Shown: positions 1-10,981, counted from the first letter of the stretch. The stretch is 64,000 bases of DNA from Bryobacterales bacterium (GCA_963422375.2 OY729428.2:3360001-3424000); one strand, 5' to 3'. Translations and numbers: made by a program. The notes: generated by a model from the sequence alone, not told the origin.

Positions 1-1334
1 GGCCCCCTCGGCGAGCGCTGCCGCAGCTTCGTCCAAGCGGTGGAACTGGCGCAGGTCGAGGACTGCCTGCCCGTCGGGCAGGGCGGCCGCGGCCGCCCCC
101 TCGCAAGCCGCGCCGCCATGGCGCGCGCCTTCATCGCCAAGGCCGTCTAAGGCCGTCTAAGGCCGTCTTCGACCAGCCCACTACGCGCTCGCCGGTCGAG
201 CGCCTGCAGACCGGTCACACCCTGCGCCGACTGTGCGGCTGGGACCTGGCCGGGGCCGTGCCCGGCGAGGCAACCTTCTCGCGCGCCTGCACCGAGTTCG
301 CCGCCGGCGAACTGCCCGGACGCTTGCACCAGGCGCTGCTCGCGCGGGCGCTCGACGGCCACTTGGCAGGGTTGGCAGGGCACGTCTCGCGCGACTCGAC
401 CGCCATCGAGGGCCGCGAGCGGCCCGCCGGGAAGCCCGCGCCGGAACCGGAGCCGAAACGCAAGCGCGGGCGCCCTCGCAAGGGCGAGCAGCGGCCGCCC
501 GCTCCACGCCGACTGGCGCGGCAGCCCGACCTGAATCTCGAAGCAATGCTGCACGACCTGCCGCAGGGCTGCGATACCGGCACCAAGCGCAACGCCAAGG
601 GCCATACCGTCAGCTGGCGCGGCTACAAGCTGCATGGCTACAAGCTGCATATCGACGCGATCGACGGCGGGATCCCGGTCAGCTGCCTGCTCGCCGCGGC
701 TTCGCTGCACGACAGCCAGGCCGCGATCAGGCCGCGATCCCGCTGGCGACACGGACCGCGAGCCGCGTCGGCAACCTGTACGACAACCTGTACGACCGGA
801 TGGACAGCGCGTACGACGCGGCCGGCATCCGGGCCTTCAGCGAGCGGCTCGGGCACGTGCCGCTCATCGCTGTCAACCCGCGCGGCCGGACGGAGCTGCA
901 GGCGGATCTGGCACGGGAGGCCAAGGCGCTGCGCAGCGCCGGGCGGGCGGAGCCCGCCAAGCTGCGCTACCGCGAGCGCTCGACGGTGGAGCGTGTCAAC
1001 GGCCGCCTGAAGGACGATTGCGGCGGGCGCCACGTGCGCGTCCGCGGCCGCGGCAAGGTGCTGTGCCACCTCCTGTTCGGCGTGCTCGCGCTGACGGTCG
1101 AGCGGCTCCTGCGCCTGGCGCTCCGAGAGCCCGGGCCGCCGGGACAGCCGGGAAGAGCGCCCGCCCGCAGGGCCGGGCCGGGAGAGCTGCGCCTGCACGG
1201 GGCCGCTCCTCGCAGGAGCGCCCCGAAGCGGAACAAGCCCAGCTGAAGGGAGTCTTTTTCGGCGAGAATAACAGCCCGGAAACTAGTCGTTCAGGGGGCG
1301 GTCAGCCCTCTTTTCTGAATTTTGCAAAAGGCTC
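1..1334 (+). mobile_element. IS1182/IS5-like DDE insertion sequence, left end outside window; transposase frameshifted (pseudogene, ~1-1140)
   Basis: Motifs HVSRDSTAIE, WRGYKLH, SLHDSQAAI, MDSAYDA, RSTVERVNGRLKD, HVRVRG..KV.CHL.FG spread over several frames; right end TTTTGCAAAAGGCTC at 1320-1334 looks like a terminal IR. Confidence 0.8.
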
Positions 1335-1915
1335 ATCCTTATCGGAATTTACGGTAGTCAGCGTCCTGTTCGAGGGCGATCGAAGTCAATCCTGCTGGAC
1401 AGCAGCAGGGCATTCGCACCCTTCCACATGAAGATCTTGAAGTGTGAAGCATTTGCCAGACTCTCTGCTGGCGACCTTCCTCGAAATGGCCGCCTCCGTG
1501 CCGGACGGGCCCGAGGGGCGCAACAAGCGCTGCCACGTGGCCTCGACCGCCGCCGGCATCATCGTCCGTTTCTCAACCGGCTGCGGGTCCTTCCTCTAGT
1601 TCCAAGGACACATTCGATGCACATCCAACCACTCGTGTTCCGAATCGAGAATCGCTGCCCGGACTCGAATGCTTAGTATTCCACCCGGTGCCGGCGGGTC
1701 GTGGGAGCCCGGGGCCGGCTATTGTGCAGGCAGCGCTCGAAGCCACAGTCGATGTCCGACAGGTACGGACCCTCGCCAGCTACATCGCTCAAGTATCGGC
1801 AGCGCGTCGGCGCGGACTCGCTAAGTCGCCGGTCTGGTGTTCGTGGAGGCTTGCCCCTCGCACACCGACAACGGTCACGAGAGTGGCCCAGAATCCCACT
1901 CCGTCCAGCCAGTCT

Positions 1916-2400
1916 TCAGCTCACGGCACCAAAGCGGGAAGCGATGTCGTCCCAAGCGGCGCGGTACTCCTCCTCTCGGTCGCACCGGTCGAACGGGGCG
2001 CAGCACTCAATCACTCGCTCGACAGGTCCACCGGGCTGGGTGTCGTAAAAAATCTTGCGCGTGACGACTCCCTGCTTGACTTCGCCGATGTCTTCCCCTC
2101 CGAGGGACAGACCCGATTCGGACCGGTCGGGCGCGAACAGGCCGTAGCACCTGTCCTCCTTGCTCGCCTTGCGCCGCAGGCCCACGCCACCCAAGCCCTC
2201 GGACGCAGTAAACACGATACGTCCGTTCACGTCGAATCAAGTGCCTGCCTCGTAGCCGCGCATCACAGGAAACAGGACTCGGTAGGCAACAAGCAGATCG
2301 TCCAGTTCGAGGCCGAGAGCCATCGAGGCCAACACGTCAATCTCGACCAACGCCTGCCGCCGGGCGTAGTCGGACCGGAGTGCGCACACACGCAGCCAAA
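1916..2400 (-). pseudogene. C-terminal remnant of a type IIG/Eco57I-like restriction-modification methyltransferase
   Basis: Manual translation: [55 protein letters not shown]...PGGPVERVIE..APFDRCDREEEYRAAW, matching the tail of large RM methyltransferases; in-frame TGA at 2237-2239. Confidence 0.7.
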
Positions 2401-2599
2401 CAAATGCGAGGGAGGAAGAGTAGCCATTCGGGAGTATGAGATCAGTTCGGGTCCAAGGATATGACCGGTAGTCATCGTTCCAATGTTGATCTCCAGAGAC
2501 TCAGAATTCCGTACATCGAAGGATTGGTCAAATACGTCTGTCCCGGAGTGAGGCCGTGAAATTCTCCACAAGTCCTTTCGATTCAGGTACTTGAGTCGG

Positions 2600-2923
2600 T
2601 GCCCTAACGCGAGTCGGCGGACGGCGGACCGAGGGGCCCGGCTAGCAGGGCTGTCCGGCCGACCGCCCGGGCACCCGCAGGGACCTTGCCGAGATACAGT
2701 ATCGATTCGATCTTGGAATAGGCCGGATTCGATTCTCGATTCGAGATCGGTTGTTCTATCGGCGTCGATATCAAGGTCAGTCGAGTGTCGGTTGAGTCCA
2801 CGCAAGAGAGTAAGTGCCGTGGCACCGGTTAGCACTCATGGTGTGTTCCTCAGTTCTCTAACGATTCCCAAACCACTAGCTCAAGGTGCAGTTGCTCGCG
2901 AGTGAGAATGGCCCGGCGGTCAT
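2600..2923 (-). pseudogene. AbiEii/AbiGii-family nucleotidyltransferase toxin, decayed
   Basis: NTP*VLTGATALTLLRGLNRHSTDLDID resembles the LKGGTAL...R.S.DLD motif; frameshift and stop near start; 3' boundary approximate. Confidence 0.6.
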
Positions 2924-2949
2924 CAGCGCTCCACCTGCCCTTACGCCGA

Positions 2950-3732
2950 CTAGGCATTCTCGCCATCGGACGGGAAGATGCAGAGATCGTCACGCCGAAC
3001 CTTCGTACCGTCCGGCCCGTACTCCCACACGATGTATTCTGTCGTGTCCGAAACGACGCCCGGGATCCACTCGTCGAAGACCCGCCTACACGTTTTATCC
3101 AGCTGTGCGCGCGTCGGCTTCAGGTAGTCATTCACCAGCACGTCGATCTGGGGCTGAATGTCAATCCAGTCGTTGATCTTGTCCGGAGACATAATCAGGG
3201 GAGTATCTCGCCGGAGCTCGATCTCCCATACGCAGAGGTCGGCAATCGCCCTGTAGTGATTCGCCACTCACACCGGACCGTCGTACGGCTTGATCTCGTA
3301 GTCGGCTATGAGCTTCCCCATGTCCCGCACTCCCAGCGAACCGAGCGTAGGGTTCGTGCCGACCTCCTGCCCGTCCCCGGCCAAGGGTGCCCAGTAAGGC
3401 TCCTCGTACCCGAAGAACGCGTCGCTGCGGTGCCAGTCCCCGGATGGGTCGGCGGGGAACCGCAGGTTGACCGCCCGTTGGAACGAGATGTAACGCGTAG
3501 GGCTCGTCTCCGGGATCAGGATCGGCGTGTCCGCCGTCGGACGGCGCGGCTCCATCGCCTTTTCGAGTCTGGCGAAGTATTCGTCCCACTGCCAGTCGGC
3601 CATCCCAAGCGCAAGTCGGAACTCCTCTCGCGAGCCCCCATTGAGCTGGAATTCAAGCATCAATTTCAACCAATCCTCGTACGACAGTTCATCCGCGGTC
3701 TCTTGGCGTGCCCGTGGGTGCGTTGCTTGCAT
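2950..3732 (-). pseudogene. Hypothetical protein upstream of AbiEii remnant (putative antitoxin), split by one in-frame TGA
   Basis: ORFs 3268..3732 and 2950..3267 are in one frame separated only by TGA (3268-3270); motifs RYISF..AVN, GDWH, ANHYRAIADL; ends ~27 bp before the toxin start. Confidence 0.55.
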
Positions 3733-3873
3733 TTCAATTCTTCTTTTTCATGATGGCATTCGAAGTGCGGAGGGTCCGGCTCACCTCCGCGGAGACCGCC
3801 ACCCGCTCCCGACGGACTCCGTTCAAGCAGCTTCGACTCTGCCTCGGGCAACAGTCGGACTACGCCCAACTCA

Positions 3874-4889
3874 CCCAAGTCTCGAGGATTTTCGGGAGGC
3901 ATACCTGTAAGTCGTTGACTTCGTTGAGTTGGATTTCCGCGAAGCGGATCCTCGGTCACTTCATTTTGTCGCCCTGGGGTACCGCCACCGTCCGGCGGTG
4001 CCACCGGAAGCTCACGCGTGCAGCAGCGGCGATGCGAGCCTGCTCGTTGGTCGGGTCCACGTCTTGGCGGTGGCTTCACACCTTGCCGTCCGCCGTGCGT
4101 GTCGCCATCGTCAGGCGCACCCAGGTCCGCACAGGCTTGCGGATTGTGACTGCCAGAATGGGCGAATGCCGTGCCCGCGCAGGCGGTTCCGCAGGGCATG
4201 GGCCAGATGGTAGGCCAGCACGGTCAGCGACAGATGCCCTGCCGCTCGCCCGCGTAGGCGGGGTACGGGGGCAGGCCCAGTTCGTCCTTGAAGGACCGAA
4301 ACGCCGCCTCGATGTCCACCAGGCGGCAGTTGTAGGAGCCCACTCTATCTCGTGGGATCACCGCGGATTCTTCCCGAACTGCATTGATATCGGATTCGCC
4401 GAACGCTGAGAGATTCCTGGCGGGACGCCTCCGGTTCCGGCGTCGAGGCGGGTCGGCGTACCGCTGTTCTGCGGCTAGGGCGGTCCCGCCGACGAGACCG
4501 CCGCGGCGGCCCGCCCTGCGCCGCCTGCGTCTCGACCCGGCCAATGACTGGAACGATCTCCTGCGCCGGCAACCTGCTACCAGACGCTCCCGGCATCGCC
4601 CCGGACCGTCCGGATCCCCTCCCTCCACACCCGGGCCGGGGCTCTCCTCCTGCGAGACATGCCCGTAGCCCCCAGCCCTTCACGGAAACTTCACCACTCT
4701 CTCGTCCTGTAGTTGCGGATCAATTGGTGAAATCGATGTTCCCTACTGCAGGAATGATCCGAGAAATTCCTCGCGGATTATTTGCCGTGCCCCGTGCCAC
4801 GAACTTGAGATACATCAGTCTTGCGCGCCCAGCTCCGCGATGTCCCTGTCGATCACCGCCAAGTGCACGATCGCCTCCCAAGCCTCGGG
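3874..4889 (-). mobile_element. IS1634-family element remnant (internally deleted, frameshifted transposase)
   Basis: LVDIEAAFRSFKDELGL and GHLSLTVLAYHLAHALR in adjacent frames; possible imperfect ends CCCAAGTCTC (3874) and CCCGAGGCTT (4889); ends uncertain. Confidence 0.55.
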
Positions 4890-5041
4890 TTCTACCACAA
4901 CGCCGCTTGGCGCGGCACGAAGCGAGCCACGGAAGCCGGGACTGGTGCCGGGCGACACAGCCGAGGTGGGCCGCACGCGTTAGGGAGGGCGCGCGGACGG
5001 CCGGACCCGAGCGCAAAGGGTCCCGGTTCGGCAATATCGAA

Positions 5042-6198
5042 TACTGAGGAGCGCAAAAGTCGTCTCGGGTGGGTCACCCCAGAATGTACTTGCAATCGGG
5101 CTCCTTGAAGAAGCGAGCCACCTTGTCAGTCAAGTCCATTAGCGACTTGAATTCCGCCTCAAGCAGGCGCAATAGCTCGTGCTTGGTCTTAAAGAATTTC
5201 CGGCTCACCATCGGCTTCACGTGCGACCGTACCAGCTCATCTGGGTTCAGCATCGGGGAGTATTCCGGAAGAATATGAATCCTCAAGTGCCCGTACTCGA
5301 ATTCCTTCTCGAGGAAACTCGCCACCTCTCGCGCCGTGTGAATCCGGCAGATGTCCACTACGAAGCGCACCTTCCTGCCGGTCTCTTCCGCCACCTTCTT
5401 CACGAATGAGCAGAACCTTCCAGCATCCTCCGTGCCCTCGTGCAGCATGTAATGGATGCGGCCGTCCGGGCTGATCTCTGCCAGCATGTTGAAGCGAAAC
5501 TTCGTGGCCGTGCAGGTCAACTCGGGCGTCTGTCCGCGCACTACCCACGTCCTTTGCACGTGATATTCGGAGCGCATTCCGGCCTCGTCAGCGAACATGA
5601 TCAAGGCCCCTTCCCACTCGGCCTCCTGCTTGATTTCTGGGAATGTCGTGTCAATCCATCGCGCGACTTGCCCCATCCGGCGCTGGAATGCCCGGAAGCG
5701 AGGCTTCTGCGGCGTGAGCCTGAGCCGACGCATGACGCGGCGGATGGTACAGCGGCTCGCGTCGATGCCGAACTCGTCGATGAAAGCGCGGCGGACTCTC
5801 TGGACGGTCCAGTAGGCGAACTCGAACTTGAACTGCCGGGGATTCTTATCGACGACGGTATGGAAGATCCACTGCGCGTGCTCCTCGGTCAAGATGCGAG
5901 AGCATCCAGTTCCGGGCCGATCATCCAGTGCCCCCATGCCTCCGGCGATGAATCTAGCCACCCAGGACTCGACCGTTCCGGTTCCGATGCCGAATTTCAT
6001 CGCGAGTGCTTCCGGAACATAGCCGAGCGTGAATTGTGTGACAACGAACTTCCGGACGGCAATCTTAAGCTTATGAGGGAGTCGACGAAAGTCGTCGAAT
6101 TGGAAGGAATTCATGCAACAATTCTACCACATTCAAGTGTCGGAACTGGTCTCAGCAGAGGGCGCGAACGGCAAGAACGACTTTTGCGCTCCTCAGTA
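5042..6198 (-). mobile_element. IS630-family insertion sequence
   Basis: Perfect 22-bp terminal IR TACTGAGGAGCGCAAAAGTCGT (5042-5063 / 6177-6198) including the flanking TA. Confidence 0.9.
5074..6114 (-). CDS. IS630-family transposase
   Basis: 346 aa; HTH region, FADEAG, VVD, LPEYSPMLNPDE (DDE_3-type). Confidence 0.9.
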   Translation of the reverse strand: MNSFQFDDFRRLPHKLKIAVRKFVVTQFTLGYVPEALAMKFGIGTGTVESWVARFIAGGMGALDDRPGTGCSRILTEEHAQWIFHTVVDKNPRQFKFEFAYWTVQRVRRAFIDEFGIDASRCTIRRVMRRLRLTPQKPRFRAFQRRMGQVARWIDTTFPEIKQEAEWEGALIMFADEAGMRSEYHVQRTWVVRGQTPELTCTATKFRFNMLAEISPDGRIHYMLHEGTEDAGRFCSFVKKVAEETGRKVRFVVDICRIHTAREVASFLEKEFEYGHLRIHILPEYSPMLNPDELVRSHVKPMVSRKFFKTKHELLRLLEAEFKSLMDLTDKVARFFKEPDCKYILG

Positions 6199-6666
6199 CG
6201 TCAAAATCGAATTGGACTAGGCCAGACTCACCCGTGGCCCCTCCGGCGGCAGCTTGATCAGTGCAGCCAGGGCTCCATCTGTACATTGTGGGCGTGCATC
6301 AGGCACAGTCCGACAAGCCGACTGCAGGCGGCCGCCGCGGGGCAGCCTTGCCACAAATGCTGGCACCGAAGGGCTCCTCCCGTCCCGCGGTGCACCCGCC
6401 TCGATGTGGCTTCCGGTCTGTCCGCGAGCGCGCCCCTCGATGCACGGAGAGCTCGCGCTGGCATCTCCCTACGGCGACGATTGGTCCCGCAGGCTCCCGC
6501 GGGCCGGATGCACGAACAACGAGGGCCGCCAGGGGCATTTGCGCACCACCTGCCAATTCGGCACCACCGGATGATCGAAGAGCTATGACCGCGACGGGTG
6601 AGGCATGATCGGCTGGAACTGGCAGCCGCCTCCATTGCGCAACTCCGGGACGCCCTTGGAATGAGC

Positions 6667-7350
6667 CTAGGAGCCGCGGAGCAGGTGGTTCAAGTACTCG
6701 AGGAGCGGGGCGATCGTCCGGAAGAGTCCGTCGATGCGGGAAGCTATGGACGGCTTCTCGATCTCCTCAGCCGACAGCGTGGCACCGGCCAGAAACTGCT
6801 TAAGCCTCAGCAGGTCGGCGGCTGGGTGGTCCCGCGGGAATCCCCTCGGCATGCGGGTGAGCCGCTGGCCCTCGAGCCCGCCGAACGCTTCCGAGAACGC
6901 CCGTCCGGACAGGATCGCCCGAAGTGCGTCCGGGGCCGAGGCGATCTCCTCCCGGATCCGCAGCAGCTCCCGCGAGCCGGGCGCGTACACACCGCCGCCC
7001 ACGAGCAGTTCGTCCGCCGAGAAATGGAAGTAGAAGCCCGCTCCGCTGTGACGCTCGAAACCGACCCGGGGGAACACAGCGGCGGCGTGCGTCTTGTACG
7101 GCTCCTTGTTCCTAGAGAACCGGACGTCGCGGTAGATCCGGTAGACCGACTTGCGAGGGTCCCGCAGGTAGCCCGGAGCGTACTCGCCCAGCGACTCTCC
7201 CAGTTCTTCCACGAGCGACAGCAGCGGCCCTCGCACATGGCGCTCGTAGTCGGCCCTGCGAGCCAGAAACCAGGCCCGGTTGTTGTTCTCTCCCAATTCG
7301 CGCAGGAATCGGCGCGCCTCGGGATCGAAGCCTTGAAACCGGAATCTCAT
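6667..7350 (-). CDS. DUF2461 (TIGR02453) family protein
   Basis: FL.EL.ENNNRAWF, RIYRDVRFSRNKEPYKT; ATG at 7350 preceded by GGAGG. Confidence 0.9.
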   Translation of the reverse strand: MRFRFQGFDPEARRFLRELGENNNRAWFLARRADYERHVRGPLLSLVEELGESLGEYAPGYLRDPRKSVYRIYRDVRFSRNKEPYKTHAAAVFPRVGFERHSGAGFYFHFSADELLVGGGVYAPGSRELLRIREEIASAPDALRAILSGRAFSEAFGGLEGQRLTRMPRGFPRDHPAADLLRLKQFLAGATLSAEEIEKPSIASRIDGLFRTIAPLLEYLNHLLRGS

Positions 7351-7415
7351 CCTCCCTCTAGCATGGCGGTTGCCAATGACACTCTGACCAGCGACGCCAG
7401 CGCAGATGGAGGCGC

Positions 7416-8132
7416 ATGGATGGGCCCGACCGTAGTGTCGGACTCCCTGCCCGCTCGGGCCTGGCGTTGCCCGTCGCATTACTGGGCTATACTGCGTTCA
7501 GCAACTTTTTCGCAGCAATGTTCGACTTGGATCAGTACGGCTCCGACGTTACGGTGTACCTGTGGCTGGCCATCGTCTCGACGCTGTTGTACCTAGTCAA
7601 GCTGGGGCTGGATCTCTTCGTCGGAGACTCGGACGTGCCGACCGATCCGACCGACCTGGACGCCGACCTAGGCGACGCCGCCGGATTCACCCTGATTTCG
7701 GTTCTCTCCGTCTTGGCGTTCCTGATGGGTGCCGGGTGGATGGGCCTGGCAGGCCGTGTGAGCTGGGGCTTCGGGGCCGTCGCTGCCGGTCTGGCGGCGC
7801 CGGCCTTCGGCCTAGCCATGATGTTCTTTTCGGCCGGGCTCATGTACGCCGTGAGCCGAATGGTTCACATGCCTCGCTACAACGTGAAGACCGTCCTGGG
7901 ACAGACCGGCAGGGTCTACCTGACCGTGCCGGCCAAGGGCGCCGGGCGCGGGCAAGTCGAGGTTGTAGTCTCCGGACGGCTCAAGGTCATGGACGCGGTC
8001 AGTGCCGGCGATGAGATCCCGGCCTTTGCGCCGGTCACGGTTGCCAGCGTGAGAGACGACGGCGTATTCGTGCTGGCACAGTCGGGAAGCCGCAGCAAGG
8101 CTTCGCCGCGGGCCCGGCGCTGGGGGAAATAA
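7416..8132 (+). CDS. NfeD-like membrane protein (YqiJ/NfeD2 type)
   Basis: Several TM segments, C-terminal OB-like G.VYLTVP...G.GQV.V; directly upstream of flotillin. Confidence 0.75.
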   Translation: MDGPDRSVGLPARSGLALPVALLGYTAFSNFFAAMFDLDQYGSDVTVYLWLAIVSTLLYLVKLGLDLFVGDSDVPTDPTDLDADLGDAAGFTLISVLSVLAFLMGAGWMGLAGRVSWGFGAVAAGLAAPAFGLAMMFFSAGLMYAVSRMVHMPRYNVKTVLGQTGRVYLTVPAKGAGRGQVEVVVSGRLKVMDAVSAGDEIPAFAPVTVASVRDDGVFVLAQSGSRSKASPRARRWGK

Positions 8133-8189
8133 GGCGGCCGCCTAGGTCGCGAGCTCTCGGGAAGACGCCCGAGACAAGGAGCGAGAGCC

Positions 8190-9749
8190 ATGAATGTCCC
8201 GGATCTGATGTTCGCGCAGGTGGTCGGCTTCGGCACGATCCTCCCGCTGGTCTTCATCCTCGTCTTGCTCGGCGTGCTGGTGTTCGTGGTGCGGCAGTAC
8301 AGGCGCTGCCCGTCCAACAGGGTGCTCGTCGTTTACGGCAAGGTCGGCGGCCAGCAGGCCGCCCGCTGCATCCACGGCGGCGGCGTACTCGTGGTGCCGC
8401 TGTTCCAGGACTACCAGTACCTTTCGTTGGAACCGATGACGATCGACATCGAGCTGACCGGCGCGCTGTCGAAGAAGAACATCCGCGTCAACGTCCCTTC
8501 GACCTTCACGGTCGGAGTGTCCACCGAGCATTCGGTGATGAACAACGCCGCGGAGCGCCTCCTGGGCCTTCGCGACGAGGACGTCGCGGCGCAGGCCCGC
8601 GACATCATCCTGGGCCAGATGCGCTTGGTCATCGCGACCCTCTCGATCGAGGAGATCAACCAGGACCGCGAGAAGTTCCTCGACCTAGTCAACAAGTTCT
8701 GCGCGGCCGAGCTGCTTAAGATCGGGCTGGAAGTCATCAACGTCAACATCCGGGACATCACCGACGAATCCGGCTACATCGACGCCATCGGCAAGAAGGC
8801 CGCCGCCGAGGCGATCCAGATTGCCAAGGTCGAGGTGGCCGAGCAGGTGAAGGACGGCGCCATCGGCGAGTCGACCGCCAACCGCGCCAAGGAGGTCGAG
8901 GTCGCCAACCAGTCGACCGCCGCCAACATCGGACGGAAGGAGGCGGAACGGGAGCAGAGAATCAGCGTTGCCAAGCTGGAGGCGGAAGGCCTTGCAAGCG
9001 AGGCGCTGTCGCGTCGCGAGCAGGAAATCGCGATCGCCGAGCAGCGGGCGCTTACCGAAGAGGGCAAGAAGCAGGCGGAAGCCTCGCAGCGCGTGCGGGT
9101 GGCGACGCTCGAGGCGGACGCGGTCAAGGGCGAGAACGAGTCGCGGGCCAGCATCGCCGCCTACAACGCGACCCTGGCGGAGCGCAGCGCAGAGGCCAAG
9201 CGTCGCGGCGAGGTCGCGACGGCGAGCGCGGCGCGGGATGTCTTCGTGGCGGAAAAGGAGCGCGAGCTGGCCCGCCTAGCGAAGGAGGAGGTCACGATCC
9301 AGGAGATCGAGCGCCAGAAGATCGAGATCAATGCCGACGCGGAAGCCGACCGGCTCCGGCGCATCGCCAAGGGCGAGGCCGACGCGGTGCTGGCCAAGTA
9401 CAGCGCCGAGGCCGACGGCACCCGACGCGTGCTGGAAGCGAAGGCGCAGGGCTACCAGGAACTTCTGCGCGTATGCGCGGAGCGGCCGGACCTGGCCGCC
9501 ACGCTGCTCGTCGTCGAGAAGCTGCCCGACCTGGTAGCCGAGCAGGTCAAGGCCATCCAGAACCTGAAGATCGATAAGGTGACGGTGTGGGACTCGGGGA
9601 CGGGCGCTGACGGGAACGGGAACGGAACGGCCGACTTCCTGCGCGGCCTGATCTCGTCTCTCCCGCCCGTGCATGACCTAGCCAAGCAGGCCGGCATCGA
9701 CCTGCCCGAGATTCTCGGGTCGGTCCGGCGCGACGAGAAGAAGGCCTGA
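8190..9749 (+). CDS. Flotillin / SPFH (band 7) domain protein
   Basis: N-terminal TM, YRRCPSNRVLVVYG, SPFH core, long AEA-rich coiled coil. Confidence 0.92.
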   Translation: MNVPDLMFAQVVGFGTILPLVFILVLLGVLVFVVRQYRRCPSNRVLVVYGKVGGQQAARCIHGGGVLVVPLFQDYQYLSLEPMTIDIELTGALSKKNIRVNVPSTFTVGVSTEHSVMNNAAERLLGLRDEDVAAQARDIILGQMRLVIATLSIEEINQDREKFLDLVNKFCAAELLKIGLEVINVNIRDITDESGYIDAIGKKAAAEAIQIAKVEVAEQVKDGAIGESTANRAKEVEVANQSTAANIGRKEAEREQRISVAKLEAEGLASEALSRREQEIAIAEQRALTEEGKKQAEASQRVRVATLEADAVKGENESRASIAAYNATLAERSAEAKRRGEVATASAARDVFVAEKERELARLAKEEVTIQEIERQKIEINADAEADRLRRIAKGEADAVLAKYSAEADGTRRVLEAKAQGYQELLRVCAERPDLAATLLVVEKLPDLVAEQVKAIQNLKIDKVTVWDSGTGADGNGNGTADFLRGLISSLPPVHDLAKQAGIDLPEILGSVRRDEKKA

Positions 9750-9837
9750 GCCCGCCGACCGGAGAGGCGCCCGAGGCCTGCCCAGCCAGTGCCTGGCGCG
9801 CTCCGCCTGCGGATATAGCACGCCCTACAATCGGATA

Positions 9838-10836
9838 TTGCGCCGCCCGACCCATGCGATTCGCGACCTAGCCGGTCGACTGGGCGAGATAGACGGCCTG
9901 CGCGTGGCGGCGGACGTGCCGCTGAGTGCCCACACGCGCTTCGGTATCGGCGGTCCCGCCGACCTGTTCGCGTGGGCCGGGAGCCCGCGCGCTCTCAGCG
10001 AGGCATTCGTCGCAGCGCGCGAGGCGGGCGTGCCGTTCTACCTGCTCGGCGACGGCAGCAACGTCGTCGTCGCCGACGCGGGCTTTCGGGGTCTCGTCGC
10101 ACGGTACACGGGCGACCGGCTGGACCGCCACGACGGCACTGTCGAAGCGCAGGCCGGGGCGAGCCTGCAGGCATTGGTAGACCTGACTCTCGAGCACGGA
10201 CTCAAGGGCTTGCACACTCTGAACCGCATTCCGGGCTCGGTCGGCGGGGCCGTGTACGGCAACGCAGGCGCGTACGGGCACCAGATCGACGAGTTCGTCG
10301 AGCGGGTGGATGTCGTGGACGGCGCGAACCTCCGGTCGATCGGAGCGAGCGACTGCCGGTTCGAGTATCGCGAGTCCGTCTTCAAGAGGCGCAAGGAGTG
10401 GCTGATCGTGAGCGTCCGCCTAGCGCTTCCGGCCGGGGACGCCACGGCACTGAGGCAGCGCGCCGAGGAAATCCGCGCCGTGCGCGACGAGAAGTTCCCG
10501 CCCACGATGCGCTGCGCGGGAAGCATCTTCAAGAACCTGTACCTGCGATCCCTGCCAGCGGAAGCAGCCGCGGTCGTGCCCGAGCGGGCAGTCCGAGGCG
10601 GCAAGGTCGCCTCGGGATTCTTCCTCGAGCAGGTCGGTGCGAAGGGCATTCGCATTGGCGGCATCCGAATCGCGTCCTACCACGCCAACTTGCTGTACAA
10701 CTGCGGAAGCGGCACGGCGTCCGAGATCCGCGTGCTGGCGGAGCTGCTCAAGAGCCGCGTCCGTGATCGATTTGGCTTCGAGGTCGAGGAGGAAGTACAG
10801 TATATTGGATGGGACGGGGAGCAATCGTCTCCGTGA
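9838..10836 (+). CDS. murB: UDP-N-acetylenolpyruvoylglucosamine reductase
   Basis: HTRFGIGGPAD, LGDGSN, IPGSVGGAVYGNAGAYG, YRES.F, AGSIFKN, HAN, EEEV. Confidence 0.95.
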   Translation: MRRPTHAIRDLAGRLGEIDGLRVAADVPLSAHTRFGIGGPADLFAWAGSPRALSEAFVAAREAGVPFYLLGDGSNVVVADAGFRGLVARYTGDRLDRHDGTVEAQAGASLQALVDLTLEHGLKGLHTLNRIPGSVGGAVYGNAGAYGHQIDEFVERVDVVDGANLRSIGASDCRFEYRESVFKRRKEWLIVSVRLALPAGDATALRQRAEEIRAVRDEKFPPTMRCAGSIFKNLYLRSLPAEAAAVVPERAVRGGKVASGFFLEQVGAKGIRIGGIRIASYHANLLYNCGSGTASEIRVLAELLKSRVRDRFGFEVEEEVQYIGWDGEQSSP

Positions 10837-10981
10837 CATTCGCACACCCAGTGCTACCCACGCAGACGGACCGTTGCGTAGTCACCTACGGAGACCGCCT
10901 GTGGACGGACCTGCGCCTAGGACTATGATCGACCCTTTGCAAATGACGATCTTGTCGAGCCAAGGTCGGCAGTCCGCCACA

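Noticed and set aside
139..168. Short direct repeats as a possible CRISPR array
   Set aside because: No spacers, units only 9-15 bp, no cas genes; no CRISPR array seen anywhere in the window
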